From positions 55,056,001 to 55,120,000 of the forward strand of contig OZ024741.1 in assembly GCA_964016885.1 (NCBI GenBank): 64,000 bases of DNA, written 5' to 3'. The position numbers were made by a program, and so were the translations under genes. Positions 16,298 to 29,503 of this stretch are shown here, one piece after another; within the stretch, counting starts at the first letter, position 1, and each line of letters starts with the position of its first letter. Origin of the DNA: Eledone cirrhosa (taxonomy: Eukaryota). Under the pieces are notes generated by a model. The model saw only the letters and a program-made list of their open reading frames with translations. It did not search any database and was not told the DNA's origin.

Positions 16298-16408
16298 GTA
16301 TTCTGAGGATTTGGTCAGAGATAAATAATGTAATGGAGATCGAGTGACGCAACTTCGAGCGATTAGTGGCCTCTAGACTCACCTGATCAATGAAACAATT
16401 GTTAATAC
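16298..16408 (+). ncRNA. Type I hammerhead in Naiad 3' pLTR, with 64-nt stem II insert
   Basis: gtatt CTGAGGA t ttggtcag (64 nt) ctgatcaa t GAAA caattg TT aatac; palindromic stem III ACAATTGT. Confidence 0.75.
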
Positions 16409-16458
16409 CTGAAATAAAGCCCCTTGTTGTACAATCAACCATGTTACTCTTCATTCTT

Positions 16459-16526
<68 letters not shown>

Positions 16527-16689
16527 TATAGTTATTACAACGGTGCCATACCAGGTACGACGTACGTGTCGTTAGACCTGAGGATGAATTTGTTCAACCT
16601 ATGTCGATGAAAAGGAAAATACAGAACAAAGGTTTAAAGAGAGAAAAGCATCAAAACAAGGGCAGATAAACTGGACGGTCTAAGGGAGA

Positions 16690-16840
16690 CAGTTTGTCTT
16701 AAAATACGCAAAACAGTTTTTAGCCCTCATAGATACTCTCTTCACCATAGAACGCAAGGTATTACCTGGTCTTTAACCGTCATACGGTCAAAATTGGAAA
16801 TACCCCTGTGCCAGATACATGAAATCCTGCCTGCTGCATA
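16690..16840 (+). pseudogene. Ancient Naiad-like thumb fragment
   Basis: KQFLALIDTLF...YYLVFNRHTVKIG resembles FFKLIDKHFP...HRIFNRRTNKLAY of the element upstream. Confidence 0.4.
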
Positions 16841-17653
16841 AACAACAGAGCCCCAAAATAATTGGATGTTCTTATACGCCGCACAGACAGATGCGACGAA
16901 GCCACCTCAGCAAAATCTGTGTTAAACAACTTTCGGAAATTGCTGTTAAAGAGAGTCATTGAACAATGCTTTGTAAGAAACGTTGTCGAGAATATAAGAG
17001 AACATAAACACAGACAGAATCACATACACCATACGCCAACACCAACCACCACCTTTAATCCCGATAGCAACTACAACCACTCGCAGACCAAAAACAACGA
17101 CGAACGACTCAATAAAACCAACAAGATGAAAGAAAAAGAGAGAAAGAAGCGAGAGAATAAAGATAAAACCTGGGTCTACATTGATCCGCCATACCAAATA
17201 GAAGAGACAGAAAATTGTTTTAGAAACCGTGTCAAAAATTCAGGTCTCCTAGTGTGAGTAACAAGACATTGAAAGGCGTTGAGACATTACCTCATGCTGC
17301 ATCGGCTCCACAAATCACTAACTGCGTAACAAAATACTTGAACATTTTGAAAAACCGATGCCTCCGAGTGCAGTGTTTCAACACAAAGAAATACATGGAA
17401 GAAGCTCAACCTCAAAAATACTTACGGATCAAAGAAATACGGTCGAGTAAAGAATAGCGGAGGCCCATGTTATTAGGTGGCGGGTGTTTACCCAAAATCG
17501 TCGGAGTACCCTTGGCACATCGAAACACCTAAGACATTCTCCAATGGGTAATAGATTCGCCATGCACTCACTATCAAGTAACGCATACTAACCCAACAAG
17601 GCTCGTAGACTGTAGCCACATGATCATTCACGGTAACTATAGTAGCAATAGGA

Positions 17654-17870
17654 GAAGGCGCGTGACTTAGTGGTTAGAGAGTTGGATTTGCAATCGTGAG
17701 GTTCCGAGTTCAATTATCGGACCGGGTAATGCGCTGTGTCCTTCAGCAAGACACTTTATTTCACGTTGCTCTTTCTGCCAGGAGTTGCGACCAGTAGATA
17801 GAATCAGCAATGGAAAAACCAATGGAAAAATTGTTTTCTTGGTTCGATTTGACGAGGTCCCCCCAATTTG
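17654..17870 (+). mobile_element. tRNA-derived SINE family B (CORE-like body)
   Basis: Head ggcgcgtgacttagtggttagag...gagttcaatt and body gtgtccttcagcaagacacttta. Homologs on the minus strand at 53833-54027 and 59921-60079. Confidence 0.75.
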
Positions 17871-18116
17871 GCATGTGAATGAGGTCTGGGATCTTGTCGA
17901 TCGTGAAAGGAAAATACTAACAATAATCCTAATCCTAATTCTAACTCTAACCCTAACCATAATTTTAGTTCTAACATTAACTCTCACAGACTCATCTTTT
18001 TACACCTTTACCTAAACGAACATAATTATTTTGTTTCATTTCTCATCATTTCCTCTTTATATATTTCTATCGCATTGTACCAGCTTTTTTAAACATATCG
18101 GTCTTTTATTATATAT

Positions 18117-18725
18117 ACTAGCAGAAAAACCACCCTTCGAGTGTAGTGTGCATATTGATATTATACGCAAGTATATATGCATGTAGATATGATACATCAA
18201 ATAAAATCGTAATTGAGAATATGCACAGAAATTGAAGAGAGACTGTGTTACACTCTCTTCTGTAATCAGTAAAGTAATCCATGATACATTAAAAAAAGAC
18301 GATATTACATATAAACTGCATTACGGTGAAATGTAATGAAAATGAAAAAGGAGAAAATTAGCGACGGAAATATAAACTTTATGATATAACGATGCAAGTA
18401 TATGAACGTTTATATAAGCGATGTGATATACAGTACGTGATATCATAACCGGAAGTATTGACATTTGAACATTTTAAAAGAAGTGAATTTTGAAATATGC
18501 AATAAAATTATTTATATTTAATCAAGAGTTACGAAATTTAGTACATAAATTATGTAATATTCATTCATTATTTATTCAAAGTAAAATAAAGTACCAGTAA
18601 TGTACTGGGTAATTGCTGGCCTTGTGCCAAAAGTAGAAACAATTATTTATTCAAAGTAATCCAACTTTACTAACGGGATAAAAAAATATATTCAGGACAA
18701 AGTCCTGCACTCCTTCCTTTATTAT
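18117..18725 (+). mobile_element. Possible non-autonomous Helitron/Helentron-like element
   Basis: Starts actagcag in TA context and ends with hairpin caggac-aaa-gtcctg then ctttattata. Single copy in window, so tentative. Confidence 0.3.
18585..18641 (+). mobile_element. 5'-truncated SINE A with 18-bp TSD
   Basis: attatttattcaaagtaa at 18567-18584 and 18642-18659 flanks the SINE A 3' end. Confidence 0.85.
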
Positions 18726-18804
18726 ATTATATATATATTATTATATATATTCACATAATATACACATAAGTTATATATACATACGTAAATATACAAATGT
18801 ATAC

Positions 18805-18839
<35 letters not shown>

Positions 18840-18859
18840 AATTTGTTTACATAAATATA

Positions 18860-18942
<83 letters not shown>

Positions 18943-19514
18943 AAGTATTCGTGGTTTTTACTATATAAACATATATTTACGTATGTGTGTGCGTAAGTAT
19001 TCGTGGTTTTTACTATATAAACATATATTTACGTATGTGTGTGTCTGAGTATGTGTGTGTGTGTGTGAATTTGTTTACATAAATATATGCATATATATAT
19101 TTTGTACTTATATATATATATGTATTTATGTGCGTAAGTGTTCGTGGTTTTTAATATATAAACATATATTTACTGGAGTAGGTTTAGGGTGGTAGAGTGC
19201 CGGAATACATATGATGCAATATGTAATTTCTACGAGGAAATTTATATAAATATATATTTATTTCCAATGTTAAATACAAATTACATAACCTTATTTCTGC
19301 TGATTGTCAAACGGACAAGAAAATATTTGACAAACGACATTTACATAATTCTTTCTAACATTGATACAGGACCCGCACTTTGGAGGGAGGGGCAAATCGA
19401 CACCAGTATCTAACTGGCACTTTAATTTATTGACCCGGAAAATTTCAACTACGCCTTAAATTGTTCTATAGTTCTTAAGTTGAACTATACGGTATTTGAA
19501 CTCTGCACGAGTTG

Positions 19515-19745
19515 CTTGGTCCTGGCAGTGATATCATGTCTCCGTTTTTATTTCTTTTGTGCTGGTTTGCTGCATTCACTTACAATATGGTCGACAGTGT
19601 CTACTTTCATTTAAAACATTGTCTACATAATGGTGAAATATGGTTTTGTTGGATATCATATTAGGTATCACATAACCAGTTTTTAGAGATTGATCTTGTG
19701 TTGTGCATATTAGGGTTGTAGTAATGATTTAAACTTCTGATCTTT
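19515..19745 (-). pseudogene. R4/Dong-type non-LTR remnant (CCHC knuckle and RHD motif)
   Basis: Frameshifted minus translation: TQDQSLKT...SPLCRQC...DTVDHIVSECSKPAQKK*KRRHDITAR. Confidence 0.65.
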
Positions 19746-20389
19746 GCATCATGTCTCATAAATTGAATAGGCGCCAATAAACCTTCTACATTGAGTGAGC
19801 GAAGAAACTGAAATTGGTGTCTTTTCATTGTCGCAATGTAGCAGCGTGTTACTCAGCGACGACGACGGTGACGCTACAACGACACTACATAGACGCATTT
19901 CTAAGAAATGCTCATACTTTACAAAGTATTTATGAATTATTAAAAAAAAGAAAACGTAAATAACAATGAAGGCTCATACCCAAATCTATTTTACTTTTGG
20001 GTTACAGAAAAACTCCTATAGAGAAGAGGAGTTGTACATTTGACGAGATGGGAAATAAAGTAACCGTGTATTTAATAATATACGGGATGTTTATGGAAAA
20101 CACTTGAAAGGCCTTTCGCTATAAATTTTAAGGCTGTGACGATCGTTACAACCTTAAACTTCCACCCGTATATTATTAAATATACAATACGTACGTTTAT
20201 ATTACTGGCGAGGATTAATTATAAGTATTTTATTCGTCCTAAAGAAATAGTGTCATACGTTCTCACGTGGTTACTGAGATAGCTGTGACATGGTTACGGC
20301 TTAAAACATTCATAGAGAAACTTGTATATTATATAACATATCATATATGTTCATCTATTATGAGCCACGCTATGTTAGTACTACTGATA

Positions 20390-20423
<34 letters not shown>

Positions 20424-20527
20424 CGCTCTCTCCCTCTCTCTCTCTCTATATATATATATATAGTTAGATAGATAGATAGATAGATAGATATACATACATA
20501 TGTATAGATATACATACATTTATACAT

Positions 20528-20938
20528 GGTGGCTGCCAACTCGTTTTCGAGTACGGCCACTACTTTATATCCATGTAGGAGAACTCCTACCGTTGCGCTG
20601 AACGAGTGTGACTTTTTAGTCCAGCCATTGACTTGAACACTCTGGTACAAACACTACACTTGTGACAATCATTGACACATAGTGCTGGGCCCATGGTACC
20701 ATGTGACGACAAGTGCAGAGAGATCTCCAGATATAAAGCAATGCCTGTGCCGTGAAGCTTTTATAGTGAGCAAAGGCACTGCACAAAGCCAGTCCCACTC
20801 TCTTAACCAAGATGATATTTACCAAAAAGAAGAACAAGTCAACATCATTGGATACCATCAGGGTTGCAGGTGTTATATAAGAGTTTTCCTTCTCCTAGAA
20901 TTCTGCCTTGACAAAGGCTAAGGGGTCATCTCTCCCGG
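20528..20938 (-). mobile_element. 411-bp non-autonomous retroelement (RTE/RTEX-like 5' region, ATGT tail)
   Basis: Near-identical inverted copy at ~40088-40508. TSD acatttatacat at 20516-20527 and 20939-20950. Contains ttagcct...ctaggagaaggaaaactc, resembling RTE-group 5' UTRs; orientation is inferred from that. Confidence 0.7.
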
Positions 20939-21036
20939 ACATTTATACATATATATATACATACATATATCTATATCTGTATATATGTATATATGTAGAT
21001 ATAGATATACATACATTTATACATATATATACATAC

Positions 21037-21088
<52 letters not shown>

Positions 21089-21749
21089 GTGTATACATAT
21101 ATATTATTAAAGGGGGAGGAAGACAGAGAGGAAGACAGATAGTCAGGCAGATAGGCAGAGTGAGAGAATACATTATGAGTACAGAAGGAAAATGAACAGC
21201 ACATACATTAATATATTATTAGTACGGTATTATTGTTAAAGTTGATTATTTTTCCATTATTTCAAGTTTCTCGTTAAACCGTTAATCGACAGAATGTATG
21301 TCAACTGGGAATTGTTTTAACTTTAACAAAATTATCTTTGACTCTCTGTGTTGTTAGATGACGTGTTGTACATGTCTAGTTGCTCCTGTCGCTTGCCTCA
21401 AATAGATCAATCATGTTCTATTACGTTCTTATAATTTGGCAGGTAGAATTTGTTTTCGTGACGGAGTTTTCAAATTTACTCCGTCTTTGTTTTTTAAACA
21501 AGTTTGTGTTTTGTTTTGTGTGGTGATTTTCTAACATACATCGTATACGTTGTTTTTCTTTTTTTCATTGATTTATGGTGTGCCGTGTTCTATGATTAGA
21601 TAGTTGATGTTAAAATGGCCAACACATCATTCTTTTAGGTACCATACGTATCTGGATAAGGTCATAACATTTTTTTCCTTAGTCCATGATGTTGGATATA
21701 GGATTGAAATAACAACTCTTGAGTTGTTCGCTACATCCTCGTTTATATA

Positions 21750-22045
21750 AAAGCTAAACTCCTAATCTTCAAATCGGGATTTGTTCCTACTTGAAATATG
21801 GCCAGGAATCTGGGATAATGACCGAAAGAATAGGACCGTGTATACAAGCGACCGAAACTGGGTTTCTCCGAAGAGTCTTTAGAGTAAGGTTACTCGGAAG
21901 TGTTCGTACCTCGGAGATCAGAGTGCCACTCCAGGCAGAGCTGCTACTTCTCCAAGTTGAGAGATCACAAGTCAGGTACTACGGATATAGGAGTATAATA
22001 TCTAAGGGAAGAATCGCGGGACAGATTTTACGGACAAAGAAACCA
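21750..22045 (+). pseudogene. RTE LINE C-terminal remnant
   Basis: KLLIFKS..PTLKYGQES..MTERI...ETGFLRRV...VRTSEIR...LLLQVERSQVRYYG, typical of the RTE post-RT region. Confidence 0.8.
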
Positions 22046-22602
22046 AAGAGGTGGACAATAAGAGGAAAGAAGAGAAAGAAAGAAGTAATGAAACTCTGGG
22101 ATGCTGTTCAAAATATTACTCGTTTAGCACTACAATATTAGTTGTTGGTATATACGTCGACCAGAAACGAATAAAGAAAGCGATAATATTAAACGAACAT
22201 ATCTCTTTTGTTCAACGGTAGATCTCAAAATGAATGGTCGCCAAAACAAACGGAGGCCACGCGAAGTACTCTATAGTATGTACTCCATATTGAATTTATT
22301 TGGTATAACAAAGGTATATTTTTCACGTTTGTTTAATTTATTTAGACATGAACTATATATGTGTGTGGATGAGTTATGTATGATGACACACGAATTGTTC
22401 GAACAAGAAGGTAAAATATAATACCCAGTATATATTATAGGTACGTATCTTATCAAATATCATGCAAGCTAAAACCTTCACTAACCGTCATCAAAGTTCC
22501 ATATCTGATTTTCGGGCGGTAGATCTGAATGTTGAAAACGTGAAACTCGAAATAACTGTCAATGAATTTTTCAGCTTACAAGAAATATACATATATATAT
22601 TT

Positions 22603-22633
<31 letters not shown>

Positions 22634-23244
22634 GCTGTTGAATAACACGGATACATTTACGAAGCTAATATTTCATCAATAACGCGCGTATGGCGTGTTT
22701 ATGCTATTTGTGTGGGTAATATTGTATTGTGGTTCATATATTTATTGAGATTGTGTTACGATATAAGTAACGCTTTCATGATTAAACATCATTTTTGTTA
22801 ATAATTTTCTATAATACAGATGCATTGTCCGTTACTGTTTGCCTAACCAACTTTGTTTTGTGTTCTGATGTGGTAGGGTGTAGTCTTTACAAATGCTCCT
22901 TGATGTAAAATGCTAGCTGAGCTTTTGAGGTGTTTAATTACGGAACCCAGAGTCAGATAAATATACCAGTCACAATACAATTCTAACCACACAAATTGCA
23001 TTCACACGTTATAAACATATGACTGAGAGTATATACGTTTAACGGACAAAGGTCAAAGTTTTAAATGATGGCAGGAAAGCCATTATAAATACTGGAGAAG
23101 AAACATTTCATAGAGCACATCTGCTTACAATAAAAACGAAAATGAAGCAATAAAAACAATCCAACATCTCTTCACATCCTGATGAGGCAGCTGTCAAAGT
23201 CTAGAAGCATCAATTAGATTAGAGATTCGCGATTTTATGTTATA

Positions 23245-24278
23245 AACAATTTGCAGCCTCCTTTTGCGACAGTCCATTAATACATTCCTCATCTATTACA
23301 GATGGGTTATCATACAGATCTTTAAAATGTTCAGTCCACTGAGTCACGATTCCTGATAGATCTTTGATGAGAACGTTCCCATCTTTTGAATTCAATGGTG
23401 CCACTTTTGAAGGCTTTGCGCCAAATACTTGCCTTATTTTGCTGCAAAATGCCTTCAAATCTCTGCAGTTTTCAGCTCTATGCATTTATGCTGAAACTTC
23501 AGTCCACCAGATATACTTCATCTTTCGACCTTCACATTACAGTTTCGACTTTGCTTCTTTAAAACCTTCTCAAAAGTGGTCCTCACTGAACCAAGGCACT
23601 TCTCAGACAGCTTGTTCTTGTTTTCTATGGAGTGGTGATTGTAGCATCATTATCATCTAACCAGGCTCGGTGATTGCTCTTCTTAAGACCGAGTACATCA
23701 GCCCCAGCACTGTAAACCTGTGTTTTAAACTACTCCAAACTTCCATCAAAGACAACGTTGCCAAGTGCATTATGAAAAGCATCTCGCATTTTTTAACTTT
23801 ACAGTTTAGACACATCTATACACATGCTGCTCTCACATTTCTTCTGATATGCACTTTCATCTTGCTACGTACACATTTGTGGTCTGTACCACATTCTGCA
23901 CTACGCATTAGTCTTACCGAACAGATAACCTGGTTGTCTCTCTTCCTGGTGATGATATAATCCAAGATGTATCCATGTTTGAATCTCGAGAGTATCCATG
24001 TTGCCTTGCGGATCGCATTTTGCTGGAAGAAATTATTGCACAAGACCGGCACAAACTCAGTGCATAATTTCAAAAGGAGAAGACCAGTGGCATTCATCTT
24101 CACCATGCCTTGACGTCCTAAAACACTCTAAATAGGATCGTCCTTTCCCATACGTACATTGATATCTCCAAGAAGCAAAGTATTGTCAAAATGTGGATCC
24201 GATGTTAAACATCCTCAAAAATCTTGGTAATAAGCCGTGATTGATTCCTGGCTACTATCCATGGTAGGGGCATATATG
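23245..24278 (-). pseudogene. RTE-BovB-like LINE remnant (APE endonuclease and tether)
   Basis: YAPT...LLLGDINVRMG...NATGLLLLKLCTE...ATW...LDYIITRKRD...MRSAECGTDH, then PLNSKDG..LIKD...QWTEHF; stops and frameshifts. Confidence 0.85.
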
Positions 24279-24331
24279 CACACGCACGCATACACACACA
24301 CAGACACACAAACACACACACACAAACACAC

Positions 24332-24424
<93 letters not shown>

Positions 24425-25841
24425 TAATGATGCATGGAATAGAGCGGAAGCCCGAACCTTTCATACCAAGGCAACCGCGGATAAATTTTAAAGACCATAA
24501 AAGAAATTTCGAAGAGGACTTACCTGTTAGACTTATTGCACCTTTCAAATCCAACCTTGGAATAATTAGTAAAACCAGAATAGATAGGATTTTGCCAATG
24601 TTAAAACTGAGGTCAAGGCTTAACTTATGGAAGGGCACTAGTGAAGTCATAGATTGGTTCAATAATATCGAAAATAAGAAAAATCATAAATTCATTCAAA
24701 TGGACATAGCGAGTTATTATTCCTCAATAACTCCTAACCTACTAAATAAGACGCTTTCATATGCATATAAACACACGGATCTATCTAGTGACGAGATTAA
24801 TATTATTTTAACGGCAAGGCGAACCTTGATCGATTTTAATAATGATTTTTGGACTAGATCTGATACGCAGAATAACTTTGATAAGTTACCGATCTTGTGG
24901 GAATTTTCATCCTTAATATGATAAATAGAAAACTGCCGGAGATTACCGGTGGTTTATATAAAGACGACATACTATTTACTGTAGTTAGGCATAATAATAG
25001 CGAATTAAATAGAGTAAAGAAGGTAATTATAGAATTCTTTTAAAATTATGACCTGAAATTAGAAGTAGAAAATAACAATAAAATAGTTAATTTTTTAGCT
25101 GTAACTCTTAATTTAAACTCAGGCCTGTTAACCCCTTCCATAAACTCAACGAAAACTTAAATTATGTTAGCTTTTACTCTAATCATCCTAAAAGTGTTAA
25201 AAATGCGATAGTCAATAGTGTCCAACAACGAATATCCAGACTAATAGATGCATATTTTATAGTAAGGCTGTATATTATAATGAATCGTTATATAAAGCAG
25301 GATATAAAAATAATATTGAATATGTAGAAAAAAATAATATTAATTATAAACACAGTATTCATAATAATAAAAATAGAACTGACTGTAAGAACAACAACTT
25401 GAGGAATAAATCGGGGAAAAAATAAGGACTAGATCTATAATTTGGTATGCTCCGCCAGCATCTTTAGCTATTAAAACACCTTTAGCACATTTATTTTTTA
25501 AAGCCTTGGATAAATGTTTCCCTAGATCACATAAGTATTACTCTATCTCCAATAGACACACAGTTAAACTCTCTTATTCAAAAACTATGAATATTGCTCA
25601 AAATATTGCAAACATTAATAGTAAAATTCTTAATAACAATAATAATAATAATACATTAGTTAATGTGAATAACAATAACAATAGTTTAAATAAGAATAAT
25701 AGTAGAACACCTAGAAATAATAATGATAATACGAATAGTTTAGGTTATAGAAATAACATTGAATTGTAACTGTAGAAGGAAATCTGAATGCCCCTTGACA
25801 AAAATCTAGTGTATAAATGTACCATTAAGACAAATAATAAT

Positions 25842-26027
25842 TGTTTCTACTTTTGTAGATAGATAAAATAAAGTACCAGTGTATTACTGGTACTTTATTT
25901 TATCTATCCCGTAAGGATGAAAGGCAAAGTTAACCTCGGCGGGATTTGAACTCAGACCATAAAGGGACGTAACTGTTCTGCAAAGCATGGCGTCCGACCC
26001 TCTACCGATACTGCCAATCCACCGCCC
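25842..26027 (-). mobile_element. SINE A inserted in the Naiad endonuclease, 16-bp TSD
   Basis: taagacaaataataat at 25826-25841 and 26028-26043. Confidence 0.88.
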
Positions 26028-27507
26028 TAAGACAAATAATAATAATACTTATAACTACATTGGTGCCACTTCATCGAACTTTAAGTTTCGCTTTTCCAAT
26101 CATAAACATTCGTTTTCTAATCCAGATAAAAATATTTCTACATCACTATCACAATTAATATGGTCTTTGAAAGAGAAAATATAAATACTCAATTTCTTGG
26201 AGTAAATTATCGACCCTGTAAGGATGAAAGGCAAAGTTAAACCCGGCGGGATCTGAACTCGGACCATAAAGGGCCGTAACTCTTTGCTGCAAAGCATGGC
26301 GTCAGACCCTCTACCGATACGGCCTATCCAATGTGTGTCAGTGTGTGTATAAAAGAACCCTTTCCGTCATGAACAACCATGGGATTTACAGCTAGATGGT
26401 TCCCCTCCGAGGCAAAAGTCCTAGCGAGGTATTTTTGTGGAAGACAAGCAGTCGCCATTAAAGATTTCTGATTCCTACCGGAACGCTTCCATTTCACCAA
26501 ATTGCAATCTTTGCAATTTAGAGACTCTATTAATAATTACAAATTATGGTAATTTAATTAATAAGAAGAAAGAATTATTTGGAAGCTGTCTACATAAATC
26601 TGGAAGAACCTTTTAAGCATTATACAAATTTCGAAAAAAATATTGACTATTAATAATTCTTGAAATATTATTATATATATAACCTTACCTTAAAAATTGT
26701 ATATCGTTTTTATATAGTAAATTAATCTCATGCTGAGTCTCGGTATCCTAAGTTTGGATTTAGAAAGGTCATTGTTTAACTAGAAATTTCTGAATTTGTG
26801 GTTTGAAATATCTTTTGGCTTTCAAAATACTTAAATATCTTAAATGTTCAAATATGATGAACGAGTTATCTTCCTTTGTTTACATTCTTCGTAAATAATT
26901 TTTTCTGTCCAAATTGCTTGCTAATGTATATTTAACATGATTTAACATGAGTTATACTGTTTAATAATATATGAAAAATCCTTAAAGGGAAACTATATAT
27001 AATAAGATGTAATTACGGAAGTAAAATCGAAATAATAATACTTTTAAGAGTAAATATAACTACTAATTAATCCTGAAATGAAATGACAACCAATGAATTG
27101 AAATGATTTTATAATGAAAATAGAATAATTCAGATAATAATTCTTAACATAATATAAAATATATATACTGATGGTCATATATGCATGGGTTTTAATAAAT
27201 ATCCTTCTACATATTTAATAGGTATTTAAACATGCTTTAAAGATAAAAATGTTTTTGAATATTGTAACAAAATATTTAGTAAATATATTACTTAATTAAA
27301 CTATGTTTCTGATTCCTATAGAAAATATTTTTATATTGTTAATTTTGATATAATATATTAGTATAATTAGCTTAAACATAACAAAATACAAAAGATATTA
27401 AAAATTTCATGCTATTTAATTGGTCGCCTCTATTTGACTTAATATTTGAAAGCAACGGTCACACATCATTTTCATTTCTCTTTTTTTCTTTTTTGTCGTT
27501 ATTTCTT

Positions 27508-27577
<70 letters not shown>

Positions 27578-27818
27578 TCTTTCTTCCCTAATACGTCTAT
27601 TTATGCATTTAAATATTTATGTATGTATTTATTTATTTTCTTCTTGCATTTCCTCATACTCACCCCCTCCGTATACCCATATCTCGCTCCACATCTTCTT
27701 CTTCATTAAATTCATGTTATTATTTGTGGTATATAAATGTTGAGATTTGTTGTAATAAATCACTGCCAATACTGGAATTGAACCATCAAGACCGTTGAGG
27801 TATGTCATACATCAATTC

Positions 27819-27888
27819 ATGTATTTTATCTGACGAGGACGTACTGAAAAAACAGCACAGTACCTTCGAAATATATATAATAAAACAT
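27819..27888 (+). ncRNA. Minimal type I hammerhead in Naiad 3' pLTR
   Basis: ttttat CTGACGA ggac gtactg...cagtac cttc GAAA tatata TA ataaaa. Confidence 0.75.
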
Positions 27889-27957
27889 ATATTTTGATTA
27901 TGTGAATGTCTTCATTTATTAATATTCTGAATAATATATATATATATATATGTATAT

Positions 27958-28478
27958 AATTGTCTCTACTTTTGGCACAAGGCCACCAATTATCTCAGTG
28001 TATTACTGGTACTTTATTTTATCGACCCTGTAAGGATGAAAGGCAAAGTTAACCCCGGCGGGATCTGAACTCGGACCATAAAGGGCCGTAACTCTTTGCT
28101 GCAAAGCATGGCGTCAGACGCTCTACCGATACGGCCTATCCAATGTGTGTCAGTGTGTGTATAAAAGAACTCTTTCCGTCATGAACGACCATGGGATTTA
28201 CAGTTAGATGGTTCCCCTCCGAGGCAAAAGTCCTAGCGAGGTATTTTTGTGGAAGACAAGCAGTCGCCATGCATGCCAGACCACACGCCACTGATGTTGC
28301 CCAAGAGAAAGGCAATGGCCGATATAACTTGGCACCAGTGACGTCGCAAGACATTTCTACATGTGTCAACTGAAGCAGCATCAAATAAGTGTCTTGCTCA
28401 GCAACAAAGCGCATCGCTCGGTCAAGTAATCGAACTCACATCACTATTGTAAGTCCAACGCACCAAGCTATGCTTCAC
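27958..28478 (-). mobile_element. Composite SINE (tRNA/CORE-like SINE followed by SINE A)
   Basis: SINE A at 27958-28140 abuts a second SINE with aagtgtcttgctc and atcgaactc. 28021-28270 is duplicated at 26209-26458. Confidence 0.7.
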
Positions 28479-28497
28479 TGTGTGTTTTAAATATATA

Positions 28498-28760
28498 TAT
28501 AAGGAAAGGAAATGGAAAATGCAACTGGGGTCTTTTTAAGAATATTTTTTGTTTCCTTTACCGGTTTCACAGTTATTATGCTTTTCAAAACTAGAATTGA
28601 GATGGAGGGTTTGTGGTTTTTTCCATATCTCAGATGCGAGAACAGTGAAACCGGTAAAGGAAACAAATAAATATTCTTAAAAAGACTCCAGTTGCATTTT
28701 CAATTTCTTTTCCTTATACTTTCAATCGTGTAGGACATCTCGTTTTTTTATTTTCATTAA
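28498..28760. mobile_element. Inverted pLTR footprint with variant HHR (family also at ~29807-29960)
   Basis: ~70-bp inverted arms around gaaaccggtaaagg plus a tail; in (TA)n. Confidence 0.65.
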
Positions 28761-28793
28761 AAAAAAACTCTCATTTTCTTATATATATATATG

Positions 28794-28876
<83 letters not shown>

Positions 28877-28946
28877 CTGTGGTGTGTCTGTGTGAATATA
28901 TATATATATATATACATACATATATATATATATACATATATATAAA

Positions 28947-29035
<89 letters not shown>

Positions 29036-29375
29036 AGAGAGAAAGAGAGATGGGGGGGGATTGCTGAATCAGAAAGTAGATGATTGAAACATATAAAAAA
29101 AAGATGTCATTTTGCAATCTCTATTGACAGCTCGGCTGAGTGATGTATTGGGAATAGGGACAAGTAAATAAATAGAAAGATAGATAGAGGGATGGACATA
29201 GGTGTACATAGTTTAATGAATAGTTATATTGATTAATTGATATATTATAACCATATCAATATAAATTGGTGGCGGATAGGTTGATTGATAAAGAAACTCG
29301 ACCAATCAGCCAAAGAGATTGATATATACACCAATATATATATACACACACACACAGATATATATATATATGTGC

Positions 29376-29503
<128 letters not shown>

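Larger units (their letters stand above)
13204..16465 (+). mobile_element. Naiad-like PLE, 5'-truncated and disrupted, with inverted 5' pLTR piece
   Basis: RT motifs LKDHKNNF..RLICPSKSDIG, QFDINDYY, MGSNNSAQVTDLVGIY, CRDDTL, VNFLDVTLNL. 13368-13397 is the reverse complement of 16436-16465. (TA)n on both sides. Confidence 0.9.
24422..27935 (+). mobile_element. Second Naiad-like PLE, 5'-truncated, disrupted, interrupted by two SINE inserts
   Basis: FKDHKRNF..VRLIAPFKSNLG, QMDIASYY, GLYKDD, SNHP, CNCRRKSECPL (~25765), YIGATSSNFKFRFSNH, CNLCNLE...CLHK (~26500-26600); 3' HHR; (TA)n flanks. Confidence 0.88.

Noticed and set aside
17654-17730. tRNA gene
   Set aside because: Pol III boxes are present but there is no complete cloverleaf, and it continues into a repeated SINE body.
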